DNA of 64,000 nucleotides from Dehalococcoidia bacterium. Its GTDB lineage: Bacteria > Chloroflexota > Dehalococcoidia > UBA6926. Each line of letters opens with the position of its first letter. Within the stretch, counting starts at the first letter, position 1. The notes under the pieces are model-generated. The model had not been told where the DNA came from. It saw only the letters and a program-made list of their open reading frames with translations, and did not search any database. The stretch is taken from assembly GCA_034422835.1 (NCBI GenBank), contig DAOUJJ010000005.1, positions 74,891-138,890 on the forward strand, written 5' to 3'. Below are positions 39,048 through 47,902 of this stretch, piece after piece. The translations under genes were made by a program, and so were the position numbers.

Positions 39048-40529
39048 CTACCCTCCGCCCACCAGCAGGGTCACGCCGTCACGGAACACGTCGGCCACGA
39101 GCGCGGGATAGACGCCGACAATGATGATCGGCAGAACAAGCAGCGCCATCGCCACGAAATCGGCTCGTGATGCGTCCTTTACGGACTGCCACCGCTCCTT
39201 CAACGGGCCGAGCAGCACGCGCTCCACCGTCCACAGGATGTAGCCCGCAGTCAGGACGATGCCCAGCACGGCGAAACCGGTCTGCCATGGATAGGCGTCG
39301 AAGCTGCCGAGGAAGACCATCAACTCCGCCGCGAATCCGCTCAACAACGGCAGGCCGAGGCTCGCGAGTCCGGCAAAGACAAACACCGCGCCAACAATGG
39401 GCATCCGCGCCATGAGACCGCCGAGGTCCGGGATGTGGCGGGTGTGCGCGTTCTCATAGATGATTCCGACGACAAGGAACAGCAGGCCGGTGATCGTGCC
39501 ATGCGCGAACATCTGCAAGGCCGCGCCCGTCACGCTCACGGCGCCAAGCGAGGCCACACCCAATAAGACCAGTCCCATATGGCTCACGCTTGAGTACGCG
39601 ACAAGTCGTTTGAGGTCCGTCTGTCTGAACACCACCGCCGCGCCGTAGAGCACGCTGATGACGGAAAAGGCCACGAGTACCGGCGCCCATTGCTCCATCT
39701 CAGCAGGGAACATGCCCACGTTGATGCGGATCAGGCCGTAGCCGCCCATCTTTAGCAGCACGCCGGCAAGGAGCACGCTGACGGCGGTCGGCGCGTCCGT
39801 GTGCGCGTCCGGCAGCCACGTGTGCAGCGGCCAGACCGGCAGCTTGATGGCGAACGCGGCCAGGAACATGAGGAAGATGGCATCCAGCCCGAGGAAGGCG
39901 ACGCGGAGAGTGTCCTCCTGCCCTGCCAGCGTCATCGCGCCCATATCGAATGAGCCGATGGCGAATCTCAGCGCAAGCACGCCCACAAGCATGAACGCGC
40001 TCCCAAAGAGCGTATACAAAACGAATTTCATGGCGGAGTATTCGCGGTGGCCGGTGCCCCACATCGCGATGAGGAAATACATCGGCACCAGCTCCACCTC
40101 CCAGAACAGGAAGAAGAGGAGCAGATCGCCCGCCACGAACACTCCCTGCACGCCGGTCAGCAGAAGCAACAGCCAGACATGGTACTCGCGGACGCGCTCC
40201 TTGACGTGCCACGACCCGAGCACGGCCACGACTCCCAACAGCGCCGTCAGGAAAACGAGCGGCATTGAGAGGCCGTCGATGGTCAGCAGATAGGAGGCGT
40301 TGACACCCGGAATCCACGGGTCTGACCCGTATTGTCCAAGCTGTTCGATGATCGGGCCGTTCGCGTTATAGGAGAGCCACGCGTAGGTTGCGAGAATGAG
40401 GTCAAGGATCATCGCTCCAAGCGCGATGCGCCGCACCAACATCTGCTCGCGTCCCGCAATCGCGACGGCCGCCGCTCCCGCCACAGGCAGGAAAACGATG
40501 AGGGTTATGAGGCCGTCGAAGGCTTGCAT
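39048..40529 (-). CDS. nuoM: NADH-quinone oxidoreductase subunit M
   Basis: 493 aa antiporter-like subunit, placed between nuoL and nuoN. Confidence 0.9.
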   Translation of the reverse strand: MQAFDGLITLIVFLPVAGAAAVAIAGREQMLVRRIALGAMILDLILATYAWLSYNANGPIIEQLGQYGSDPWIPGVNASYLLTIDGLSMPLVFLTALLGVVAVLGSWHVKERVREYHVWLLLLLTGVQGVFVAGDLLLFFLFWEVELVPMYFLIAMWGTGHREYSAMKFVLYTLFGSAFMLVGVLALRFAIGSFDMGAMTLAGQEDTLRVAFLGLDAIFLMFLAAFAIKLPVWPLHTWLPDAHTDAPTAVSVLLAGVLLKMGGYGLIRINVGMFPAEMEQWAPVLVAFSVISVLYGAAVVFRQTDLKRLVAYSSVSHMGLVLLGVASLGAVSVTGAALQMFAHGTITGLLFLVVGIIYENAHTRHIPDLGGLMARMPIVGAVFVFAGLASLGLPLLSGFAAELMVFLGSFDAYPWQTGFAVLGIVLTAGYILWTVERVLLGPLKERWQSVKDASRADFVAMALLVLPIIIVGVYPALVADVFRDGVTLLVGGG

Positions 40530-40532
40530 GAC

Positions 40533-42509
40533 CTAGCCCACGCCTCCCCATGCGATGTATGCGGCAATGATGATCACCGCGCCGATGGAGAGCACGGTGA
40601 TGGACGTTTGCAGCTGCCCGTTCTCGACCACGCGGATGCCCTTGCCCACGTTGCGCCCCACCAGGCCAAGCGTGTTGACCGCCCTGTCCACGACTCCCTT
40701 GTCGCTGTCGAACCACGCGAGGAACCGCCACATCCAGCCGTACAACGCCTTGCCGACAAACAGGTTCTCGTATAGCTCGTCCATGTAGTACTTGCGGGTG
40801 ATGAGGTTTGCTATTGGTGCTAGCGGGCCGCTGACGGACGGCGCGCTTGTCCTCCCGCCCCGGTATAGAACCGTCACCACGCTGATGCCAAGCAGTCCGG
40901 CCACAAGTCCGATAGCGGCGGGGATGACTTGAATCTCCTCCACGTGCGCGCCCAGCGGCTTCAGAAGATCGGTGAACCAGTGCGTGACCGGGAAATTGAT
41001 GAACCAGGAGCCGATGGCCAGCACCGCGAGAATCGCCATCGGGATGACCATGACCCACGGCGATTCGTGCGGGGTCGCGCCATGCCCCTCGTCATGGGTT
41101 TCATGGGCATCAGCGGAGCCGTCAGCTTCCTGCACCTCCCCGCCCCGGTATTGGCCGTGGAAAGTCATATACAGCGCGCGGAAGATGTAGGCGGCGGTCA
41201 TGAACGCGCCCACGATGGCCAGCACGAACAGGATCATTCCGAGTGCGCCTTCGTATGACCACGCGATACCGAGTATCTCGTCCTTGCTCCAGAAGCCAGA
41301 GAACGGTGGGATGCCAGCAAGGCTCAGCGAACCGATGAGAAAGACGCCGTAAGTCCACGGCATGACACGGCGCAGCCCGCCCATCAGGCGCATATCGAAC
41401 GTGCCGGTGGCGTGGTTGACGGAGCCGGAACCGAGGAACAGCAGCGCCTTGAAGAAAGCGTGGTTGAACAGGTGGAACAGCGCGGGGCCGAGCGCGCCAA
41501 GGCCGAGTGCCAGGAACATATAGCCCAACTGGCTGACGGTGGAATAGGCGAGAACGCGCTTGATGTCGTTCATCACGAGGCCCATCGACGCCGCAAAAAC
41601 GACGGTGAATCCGCCGATGAGCGCCACGATGGTCCGTGCAGTCTCCGCCTCCTCGAACAGCGGCAGGAATCGCGCCACGAGGAATACGCCTGCGGCAACC
41701 ATCGTAGCGGCGTGGATGAGCGCGCTGACGGGCGTGGGACCCTCCATCGCGTCCGGCAGCCACGTGTGGAGAGGGAATTGTGCGCTCTTGCCCGCCGCGC
41801 CCGCCATGATTCCCAGGCAGATAAGTGTCAGTCCCGTTCCCGTCAACGCCGCCCCGCCCGCGCTGAGCAGGTCCATGGAGGCGTTCGGGGCGCTGAGGGC
41901 GAACGTGACAGGTTGGTCATCCGGCCACAGCAGGAAGATTCCGAGAATGGCGAGTAGGAAGAAGAGGTCGCCGAATCTTGTGATGATAAAGGCCTTCTTG
42001 GCCGCTGCCGCCGCGCTCGGCCGCGTGAACCAGAACCCGATCAGCAGATACGAGCACAGCCCAACAAGTTCCCATCCCACGAACAGCAGGATCAGGTTGT
42101 TGGCAAGCACCAGCGTCAGCATCGCCGCCGTAAACAGGGCCATGAATGTGTAGTACCGGACGTAGCTCCTGTCGTCGCGCATGTAGCCATGTGAATAGAT
42201 CTGCACGAGGAGGCTCACGGACGTGACGACCACCAGCATGATGGCCGTCAGGCCGTCGAGGAGTAGTCCTATTCGAAGCGAAAATTCATCGACACGGATA
42301 ATCTCGTGGAGGGGTAGCACAACCTCCTGGTCTGTCCAAACGGCGTACAGCGCCCAGAGCGAGAGAATGAACGACAAACCGATGGCGCCAACGGTCGCGT
42401 CGAATGCGACACGCGACACCGGCCCACGCAGAGGACGGATAATCAGGCCGTTGAAAACGGCCGCCGCGAGCGGCGCGGCAATGATCAACCAGACTGCTGC
42501 CTCGGGCAT
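40533..42509 (-). CDS. nuoL: NADH-quinone oxidoreductase subunit L
   Basis: 658 aa with a long C-terminal amphipathic helix region, typical of NuoL. Confidence 0.9.
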   Translation of the reverse strand: MPEAAVWLIIAAPLAAAVFNGLIIRPLRGPVSRVAFDATVGAIGLSFILSLWALYAVWTDQEVVLPLHEIIRVDEFSLRIGLLLDGLTAIMLVVVTSVSLLVQIYSHGYMRDDRSYVRYYTFMALFTAAMLTLVLANNLILLFVGWELVGLCSYLLIGFWFTRPSAAAAAKKAFIITRFGDLFFLLAILGIFLLWPDDQPVTFALSAPNASMDLLSAGGAALTGTGLTLICLGIMAGAAGKSAQFPLHTWLPDAMEGPTPVSALIHAATMVAAGVFLVARFLPLFEEAETARTIVALIGGFTVVFAASMGLVMNDIKRVLAYSTVSQLGYMFLALGLGALGPALFHLFNHAFFKALLFLGSGSVNHATGTFDMRLMGGLRRVMPWTYGVFLIGSLSLAGIPPFSGFWSKDEILGIAWSYEGALGMILFVLAIVGAFMTAAYIFRALYMTFHGQYRGGEVQEADGSADAHETHDEGHGATPHESPWVMVIPMAILAVLAIGSWFINFPVTHWFTDLLKPLGAHVEEIQVIPAAIGLVAGLLGISVVTVLYRGGRTSAPSVSGPLAPIANLITRKYYMDELYENLFVGKALYGWMWRFLAWFDSDKGVVDRAVNTLGLVGRNVGKGIRVVENGQLQTSITVLSIGAVIIIAAYIAWGGVG

Positions 42510-42703
42510 TAGACTTTTCGCTCAATCTCTTCGGCGACGTGTTCACGGGCACGGGGGATGCAGACCTTGAACTCGGCGAACTCGTCGCCCCACTGCTCCA
42601 CGCGGTCGGGCATGATGCGTGTGGGCAGGCCCTCTCCTTCATAGAGGGTCTTCCACATCTCCGCGGCCTTCAGTCCCTTCACCCGCTTGAACTCAACCCA
42701 CAT
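42509..42703 (-). CDS. small conserved-looking hypothetical protein (64 aa) embedded between nuoK and nuoL
   Basis: The sequence is MWVEFKRVKGLKAAEMWKTLYEGEGLPTRIMPDRVEQWGDEFAEFKVCIPRAREHVAEEIERKV. Strong Shine-Dalgarno AGGAAAGAGAC before the ATG. Its TAA overlaps the nuoL ATG (TAATG). High GC3. The protein is soluble and charged with no TM. Confidence 0.55.
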   Translation of the reverse strand: MWVEFKRVKGLKAAEMWKTLYEGEGLPTRIMPDRVEQWGDEFAEFKVCIPRAREHVAEEIERKV

Positions 42704-42719
42704 GTCTCTTTCCTGTCCG

Positions 42720-43031
42720 TCACTTCAACAGATTGATCTCCGCCGCATCCACCGTGTTCCGCCGCGCAAAGATGGTCAGCAGAATCGCCAAGCCGATGGC
42801 AACCTCCGCCGCCGCCACGGTGATGATGAAAATGGCGAAGATATGGCCTGCAAGCTCGTCCACCGGGGAGTAGCGTGAAAACGCCACGAGCGCCACGTTA
42901 ACACCGTTCAGCATCAGTTCGATGGCCATGAGAATCACAACGACGTTGCGCTTGGCGAGAACGCCGACCAGTCCAACGGCAAATAGCCCGGCGGAAAGCA
43001 GGAGGTAGTGTTCAAGCGCGAGCGCGTCCAT
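42720..43031 (-). CDS. nuoK: NADH-quinone oxidoreductase subunit K
   Basis: 103 aa with 3 TM (…ELMLNGVNVALVAFSRY…). Confidence 0.9.
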   Translation of the reverse strand: MDALALEHYLLLSAGLFAVGLVGVLAKRNVVVILMAIELMLNGVNVALVAFSRYSPVDELAGHIFAIFIITVAAAEVAIGLAILLTIFARRNTVDAAEINLLK

Positions 43032-43043
43032 GCCCTGCCCGCC

Positions 43044-43547
43044 TCACCGCTCCCGCGCGATCACGAGCGCGCCAATCGTCGCAACAAGCAGCAGAAGTCC
43101 CGCCAGTTCGAACGGCAGGAGATACGTGCTGAACAACAGGTCAGGCAGGTGGACGCCTCCCGATGCCGCGTCGCCGACCATGGGTGAGATCGTTTCACCC
43201 CTGTCCTCACTGCGCCATTCCGTGTTGATCATGATGTACGCCAACCCGGCGAGCGTCGCCGCTCCGGTCAGCAGGCCGAGCGGCCAGAGTCGGTGGGAGT
43301 TGCTCGCCCTATTGATCTGCGCCGTCATCATCACCGCGAAGACGATGAGCACGGCAATGCCGCCAACGTAAATCAGGAACTGCGCGAGCGCTAGAAAGTC
43401 GGCGTCCAGCGTGATGTAGATGCCCGCGACGGCTGCGAGACTGACAAGCAGGCCCAACGCGGCATAGAAGAGGTTGCGCGCTGTCACGACGGCAAGCGCG
43501 CCGATCATGGCGGCGGTGGCGAGAAAGAAAAAAGCTAGAGTGACCAA
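43044..43547 (-). CDS. nuoJ: NADH-quinone oxidoreductase subunit J
   Basis: 167 aa hydrophobic protein with NuoJ-like sequence. Confidence 0.85.
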   Translation of the reverse strand: MVTLAFFFLATAAMIGALAVVTARNLFYAALGLLVSLAAVAGIYITLDADFLALAQFLIYVGGIAVLIVFAVMMTAQINRASNSHRLWPLGLLTGAATLAGLAYIMINTEWRSEDRGETISPMVGDAASGGVHLPDLLFSTYLLPFELAGLLLLVATIGALVIARER

Positions 43548-44041
43548 CGTCCCGCCTCGTGCTCCTCAAGCTCGTCCTTGCCTGTGTGCCCAATCATCTC
43601 CATCTGCGGGCGGAACTGCGTGCGCGGCTTCTTGGGCATCGCCTTCAGGTCCTCAACGCTGATAACCATGTCCTCACGGCCGTATGACGCTTGCTCGAAA
43701 TCACCGCCCATGTGGAGCGCATCGTAGGGGCAGACCTCCACGCAGAGCGCGCAGAACATGCAGCGGCCCGTATCGATGTCGAAAACATCAACGTGATAGT
43801 CGCTGCCTACCTGTGAGTGTGGTTCCGGGTGCGTGACGATGCGAATGATGCCGAGCGGGCAGCCCTTGGCGCACGTGGCGCAGCCAGTGCAGCGCTCCTC
43901 GTACCAGACGAAGGTGTTGCCGCGGAATCTTGGCGACTGCTCCAGCTTCTCTTCCGGATACTGCGTGGTGAACGGCTTGCGGCGGAGGTAGCCGAGCGTC
44001 ACCATCAGCCCCTTGATTGCTCCCGCGCCGAATAGAGCCAT
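43535..44041 (-). CDS. nuoI: NADH-quinone oxidoreductase subunit I (2x[4Fe-4S] ferredoxin)
   Basis: Carries two CxxCxxCxxxCP motifs (CTGCATCAKGCP, CMFCALCVEVCP). Confidence 0.9.
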   Translation of the reverse strand: MALFGAGAIKGLMVTLGYLRRKPFTTQYPEEKLEQSPRFRGNTFVWYEERCTGCATCAKGCPLGIIRIVTHPEPHSQVGSDYHVDVFDIDTGRCMFCALCVEVCPYDALHMGGDFEQASYGREDMVISVEDLKAMPKKPRTQFRPQMEMIGHTGKDELEEHEAGRWSL

Positions 44042-44050
44042 GGCCTCCTC

Positions 44051-45214
44051 CTACACCTGCGCTCCTGCCGGCGCAGCCAGTTGTTGATCGAATTTCGCAA
44101 GGCCGGGCACGCGCGCCAACAGCGCCAACACAACCACGGTCAGGCCGATATTGATGGCTGCGATGATGGCCAGCGCGGCGGTCGGCAGCGCCTCCCCGGG
44201 CTCCAGCGAGAACAGCGCTTGCATCGCCAAGATCTCTCCTGCCGTGACAAGGATGTTGATCGTCGCGAGCGGGAAAAGCAGCTTCCACGCCAGCGCAAGC
44301 ATCTGGTCGATGCGGACGCGCGGCCATGTGCCGCGGAACCAGAAGAAGAGGAACACAATCACCGAGGTCTTGAGGCCGAACCAGATAACGCCGCCGATAT
44401 CCGGCTTCCAGCCGGCGAAGAACAGCGTGACGATGACGGCCGACCAGCCGAGCGCGGCGACATACTCCGCGCCGTAGATGAGCGCGAATTTGGTGCCCGT
44501 GTACTCCGTGTGGAATCCGGCAACGATCTCCGACTCGGCCTCGTTGATGTCAAACGGCGTGCGGTTCAATTCCGCCGTCACGGCGATCAGCATGATGAGG
44601 AATCCGAGCGGCTGAACGAGAACGAAGGGGATGCCCTGCGCTTCGACAATCTCCTGCAGGTTCAGGGAACCGGCCAGCACAACGACGGACGTGACGGCCA
44701 GGATCAGCGGAACTTCATAACTGACGAGCTGCGCCACGCCGCGCACCGCGCCATAGAGTGAATACTTGTTGTTGGATGCCCATCCCGCCGCAAACGCGGC
44801 CAGCGACGATATGGACGTCACAGCGATGACATACACGATGCCCGCGTCCAGGTCCGCCACCGTCCAGCCGTCGAAGAACGGCACAACGGCAAACAAGGCG
44901 ATGGCGGGCGCAAAGAAGAGGATAGGCGCGATGAGAAAGACGAGTCTGTCGGCCGCGCGCGGCGTCAAGTCCTCTTTGAGCACCAGTTTCATGAGGTCGG
45001 CGACACCCTGCAGCAGGCCGAACGGACCAACACGGTTGGGGCCGATGCGATTCTGCATCCGGGCGACGAGTCGGCGCTCGGCGTAGGTCAGCATGACGGC
45101 GCTGCCGAGCAGGATGTTGACGACAATGAACAGCCCCAGCAGCGGCATGAGGATGTCAACCCAATCAACCGGCAGGTATCCCTCAAGGATGTCGCGAGTA
45201 AGGTCGGCAATCAT
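44051..45214 (-). CDS. nuoH: NADH-quinone oxidoreductase subunit H
   Basis: 387 aa with 8-9 TM (…RIGPNRVGPFGLLQ…). Confidence 0.9.
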   Translation of the reverse strand: MIADLTRDILEGYLPVDWVDILMPLLGLFIVVNILLGSAVMLTYAERRLVARMQNRIGPNRVGPFGLLQGVADLMKLVLKEDLTPRAADRLVFLIAPILFFAPAIALFAVVPFFDGWTVADLDAGIVYVIAVTSISSLAAFAAGWASNNKYSLYGAVRGVAQLVSYEVPLILAVTSVVVLAGSLNLQEIVEAQGIPFVLVQPLGFLIMLIAVTAELNRTPFDINEAESEIVAGFHTEYTGTKFALIYGAEYVAALGWSAVIVTLFFAGWKPDIGGVIWFGLKTSVIVFLFFWFRGTWPRVRIDQMLALAWKLLFPLATINILVTAGEILAMQALFSLEPGEALPTAALAIIAAINIGLTVVVLALLARVPGLAKFDQQLAAPAGAQV

Positions 45215-46365
45215 CGGTCAACCTCGCCCACGTTGATATCCAGCGTGCCGAAATTCACGATGAGATCGGCCAACTTCCAACCGATGCAGAGTTCGCGCAG
45301 GACGGTCAGGTTGATGAACGACGGAGCGCGGATACCGCAGCGGTACGGCGCAATAGTGCCGTCGCTGACAAGGTAGAAACCAAGCTCGCCCTTGGTGGCC
45401 TCGATGGCGCTATAGACCTCGCCGGCGGGCGGCCGGATGAAAAAGTCGGCGGGTGTGCGCGTGATGCCCTCAGGCAACTCGGCCATGCACTGCCGCACCA
45501 TCTTTGCGGACTCTTTCATCTCCTGCAGGCGCACCCACATGCGATCCCAGTTGTCCCCGTTCTGCGTTACAGGAACATCAAAATTCATGCGGTCGTAGAC
45601 CTCGTACGGCGCCTGCTTGCGGAGATCGAAATTGACGCCGGATGCTCGCAAGTTGGGGCCGGTGACGGAGCACTCGATAGCGCGTTCACCCGTCAACGAC
45701 GCGATGCCTTTCATGCGGGAGACAAGAATCTCGTTCTCCAGCAGCAGTTTCTCGTATTCCGCCACGCGCTCCTCAAAATCATCCAGGAAACCGTTGACGG
45801 CGGTGTCGAACCCAGGCGGCAGGTCGTGGGAGACGCCGCCGATTCTCATATAGCTGAACGTGATGCGCGCGCCGCAGATCATCTCAAACAGGTCCAGCAC
45901 CTTCTCGCGCTCGCGGAACATGTGCATGAGCGGCGTGACCCATGCGCCGAGGTCGTTGATGAGGAATCCGAGCGCCATCAGATGGCTGGCGATGCGCATC
46001 AGTTCGGCGGTCATCACGCGCAGATACTGCGCCCGCTCAGGCACCTCGACTCCCGCCAAGGCCTCCACGGCGCGGACGTAGGCGAGGTTGTTGGTCATGC
46101 CGGAGAGATAATCGAGGCGATCCGTCAGCGTGATGACCTGTGTGTAGCTCCGCTCCTCCGCGAGCTTGGAACTGCCCCGGTGCAGGTAACCGAACACCGG
46201 CTCAACGTCCACAACCTCCTCGCCGTCCAACAGCGCCCGTATGCGGAACACGCCGTGCGTGGACGGGTGCTGTGGCCCCAGGTTGAGCAGCACCGGCTCG
46301 ATATCATAGTCGGGCGAGTCGACCGTGTTGGGTTGTTGTGGCGACTGCATGGCAGGTCTACGCAA
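45211..46365 (-). CDS. nuoD: NADH-quinone oxidoreductase subunit D (49-kDa)
   Basis: Shows LNLGPQHPSTHGVFR and the NiFe-hydrogenase-like fold. Follows nuoC directly. No nuoE/F/G lies between D and H. Confidence 0.9.
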   Translation of the reverse strand: MRRPAMQSPQQPNTVDSPDYDIEPVLLNLGPQHPSTHGVFRIRALLDGEEVVDVEPVFGYLHRGSSKLAEERSYTQVITLTDRLDYLSGMTNNLAYVRAVEALAGVEVPERAQYLRVMTAELMRIASHLMALGFLINDLGAWVTPLMHMFREREKVLDLFEMICGARITFSYMRIGGVSHDLPPGFDTAVNGFLDDFEERVAEYEKLLLENEILVSRMKGIASLTGERAIECSVTGPNLRASGVNFDLRKQAPYEVYDRMNFDVPVTQNGDNWDRMWVRLQEMKESAKMVRQCMAELPEGITRTPADFFIRPPAGEVYSAIEATKGELGFYLVSDGTIAPYRCGIRAPSFINLTVLRELCIGWKLADLIVNFGTLDINVGEVDR

Positions 46366-46798
46366 AGTCTTTCCGCAGGGGATGGCCCGGAAAACCCTCC
46401 CACAGCAGGATCCGTTTCATGTTCGGATGGCCGTCAAACTCGATGCCGAACAGGTCATAGATCTCGCGCTCCTGCAGATTCGCGCCCTCCCACACCGGCG
46501 TCACGGACGGCAGGCTGAGCTCATCCCTGCCCCACACACGGACCTTGAGCGTGGCCTCCTGGTTGCGGCGGATGGAAAGCAGGCCGTAGCGCAACTCGAA
46601 CCGGTCGATGAAATCGACGGCGTCGATAGAGCGGAGCATCCGGAAATCAGTCTCATCATCGTCCCGGAGAAGCCGGCACACGTCTGCAATGGACTCAGGA
46701 GAGACAACAACCCACTCGTCGCGCTCCTCCTCAACTGCGTCCGGCAGCGCGGCACGGAGTTTCTCGGCGATGTCGTGACCTGACAGGGTGGTTGTCAT
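46358..46798 (-). CDS. nuoC: NADH-quinone oxidoreductase subunit C (30-kDa)
   Basis: 146 aa with NuoC-like sequence (…EGANLQEREIYDLFGIEFDGHPNMKRILL…). Confidence 0.85.
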   Translation of the reverse strand: MTTTLSGHDIAEKLRAALPDAVEEERDEWVVVSPESIADVCRLLRDDDETDFRMLRSIDAVDFIDRFELRYGLLSIRRNQEATLKVRVWGRDELSLPSVTPVWEGANLQEREIYDLFGIEFDGHPNMKRILLWEGFPGHPLRKDFA

Positions 46799-46804
46799 AC
46801 GGCC

Positions 46805-47470
46805 TCAGGAGATGAGTTTTCTCAGGCGCGGCCCACTCTCTTTCACAAGGGACTCGCGCTTGATCTTTTCCTGCAGCTTGAGGAGGCCGTGAAGCAAGGC
46901 GTCGGGACGCGGGGGGCAGCCGGGCACATAGACGTCGACGGGCACCAAGCGATTGACGCCCGGAACGACGCTGTAGCCCTGGTAATACGGCCCGCCGCTT
47001 GTGGCGCAGACACCCATGGAGATGACCCACTTGGGGTTCGGCATCTGCTCATAGATGCGGCGGACGACGGGCGCCATCTTCCACGTCACCGTGCCGGAGA
47101 CGATCATCAGATCAGCCTGTCGCGGCGAGGCGCGGAAGATCTCCATGCCGAATCGCGCTTGGTCGAATCGCGGCATCACGGCGGCGATCATCTCAAAGGC
47201 GCAGCAGGCGAGGCCAAGCGTAACGGGCCACACGGAGTTGGAGCGGCCCCAATCCAGCAGCGCATCAAGGGATGTGACGAGAACCGAGCGCTTGAGCGAC
47301 TCGGGAACCTCAATCGGCTCATCGACGTGCTGCTCCGTCGCCAGGGCGCGCAGCCGCTCGATAACCTCTCCCTCTTCATTGTCCAACTGGTTCGTGGTAA
47401 CTGTGAGAGGAATGCCGTAGGGCGAGGGCAGCTGCTCAGGCCCGGGCGGCGTGGGGGTCATTTCTGCCAC
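46805..47470 (-). CDS. nuoB: NADH-quinone oxidoreductase subunit B (20-kDa, N2 cluster)
   Basis: Shows GLACCAFEM…GVCATSGG…VPGCPP cluster-binding cysteines and a long acidic N-terminal extension. Confidence 0.9.
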   Translation of the reverse strand: MAEMTPTPPGPEQLPSPYGIPLTVTTNQLDNEEGEVIERLRALATEQHVDEPIEVPESLKRSVLVTSLDALLDWGRSNSVWPVTLGLACCAFEMIAAVMPRFDQARFGMEIFRASPRQADLMIVSGTVTWKMAPVVRRIYEQMPNPKWVISMGVCATSGGPYYQGYSVVPGVNRLVPVDVYVPGCPPRPDALLHGLLKLQEKIKRESLVKESGPRLRKLIS

Positions 47471-47850
47471 TCAAGCGCCTCCTTTTTCCATTCATAGAGG
47501 AATCCAACGAGCACAAACAGGAGGAATATCGCCATGCCGATGAACGCCACCCATCCCAGTGAGAGAAATCGCGCCGCCCATGGCAGCAGGAAGATCACTT
47601 CAACGTCAAAGATGACAAAGAGCAGGGCGAACAGGTAGAAGCGGAAGTTGAATTGCACATTTGCCTCTCCCGTTGGGACCATTCCGGACTCATACGTCAT
47701 GCGCATGAACCGGGGCTCCTGGTCGGCGGGTGTGGAGGGTCGAATGCGGATGCGCTGAAGCATCCCGGAGAAGATCATCAGGCTCAGCGGAACGAGTACG
47801 GCGGCAACTGCCATAGCCGCGATAATCCAATACTTGCCACTCTCAACCAC
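47458..47850 (-). CDS. nuoA: NADH-quinone oxidoreductase subunit A
   Basis: 130 aa with 3 TM (…YESGMVP…[12 protein letters not shown]…), the first gene of the cluster. Confidence 0.85.
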   Translation of the reverse strand: MVESGKYWIIAAMAVAAVLVPLSLMIFSGMLQRIRIRPSTPADQEPRFMRMTYESGMVPTGEANVQFNFRFYLFALLFVIFDVEVIFLLPWAARFLSLGWVAFIGMAIFLLFVLVGFLYEWKKEALEWQK

Positions 47851-47902
47851 TGTCGAGGCTCCCTAGGCAGGTCGGGTTCCGCTTGGCACCATAGCTCACT
47901 CT

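Noticed and set aside
39700-41763. Minus-strand ORFs of 205, 218 and 213 aa and + strand ORFs inside nuoL/nuoM
   Set aside because: Alternative frames of the same DNA that encodes NuoL/NuoM. The translations are Arg/Gly/His-rich with no TM character. The true frames give textbook antiporter-like proteins.
44081-47497. + strand ORFs (226, 230, 202, 152 aa) across nuoH-nuoB
   Set aside because: Antisense to nuo genes. Low-complexity Asp/Gly/Arg-rich sequence.
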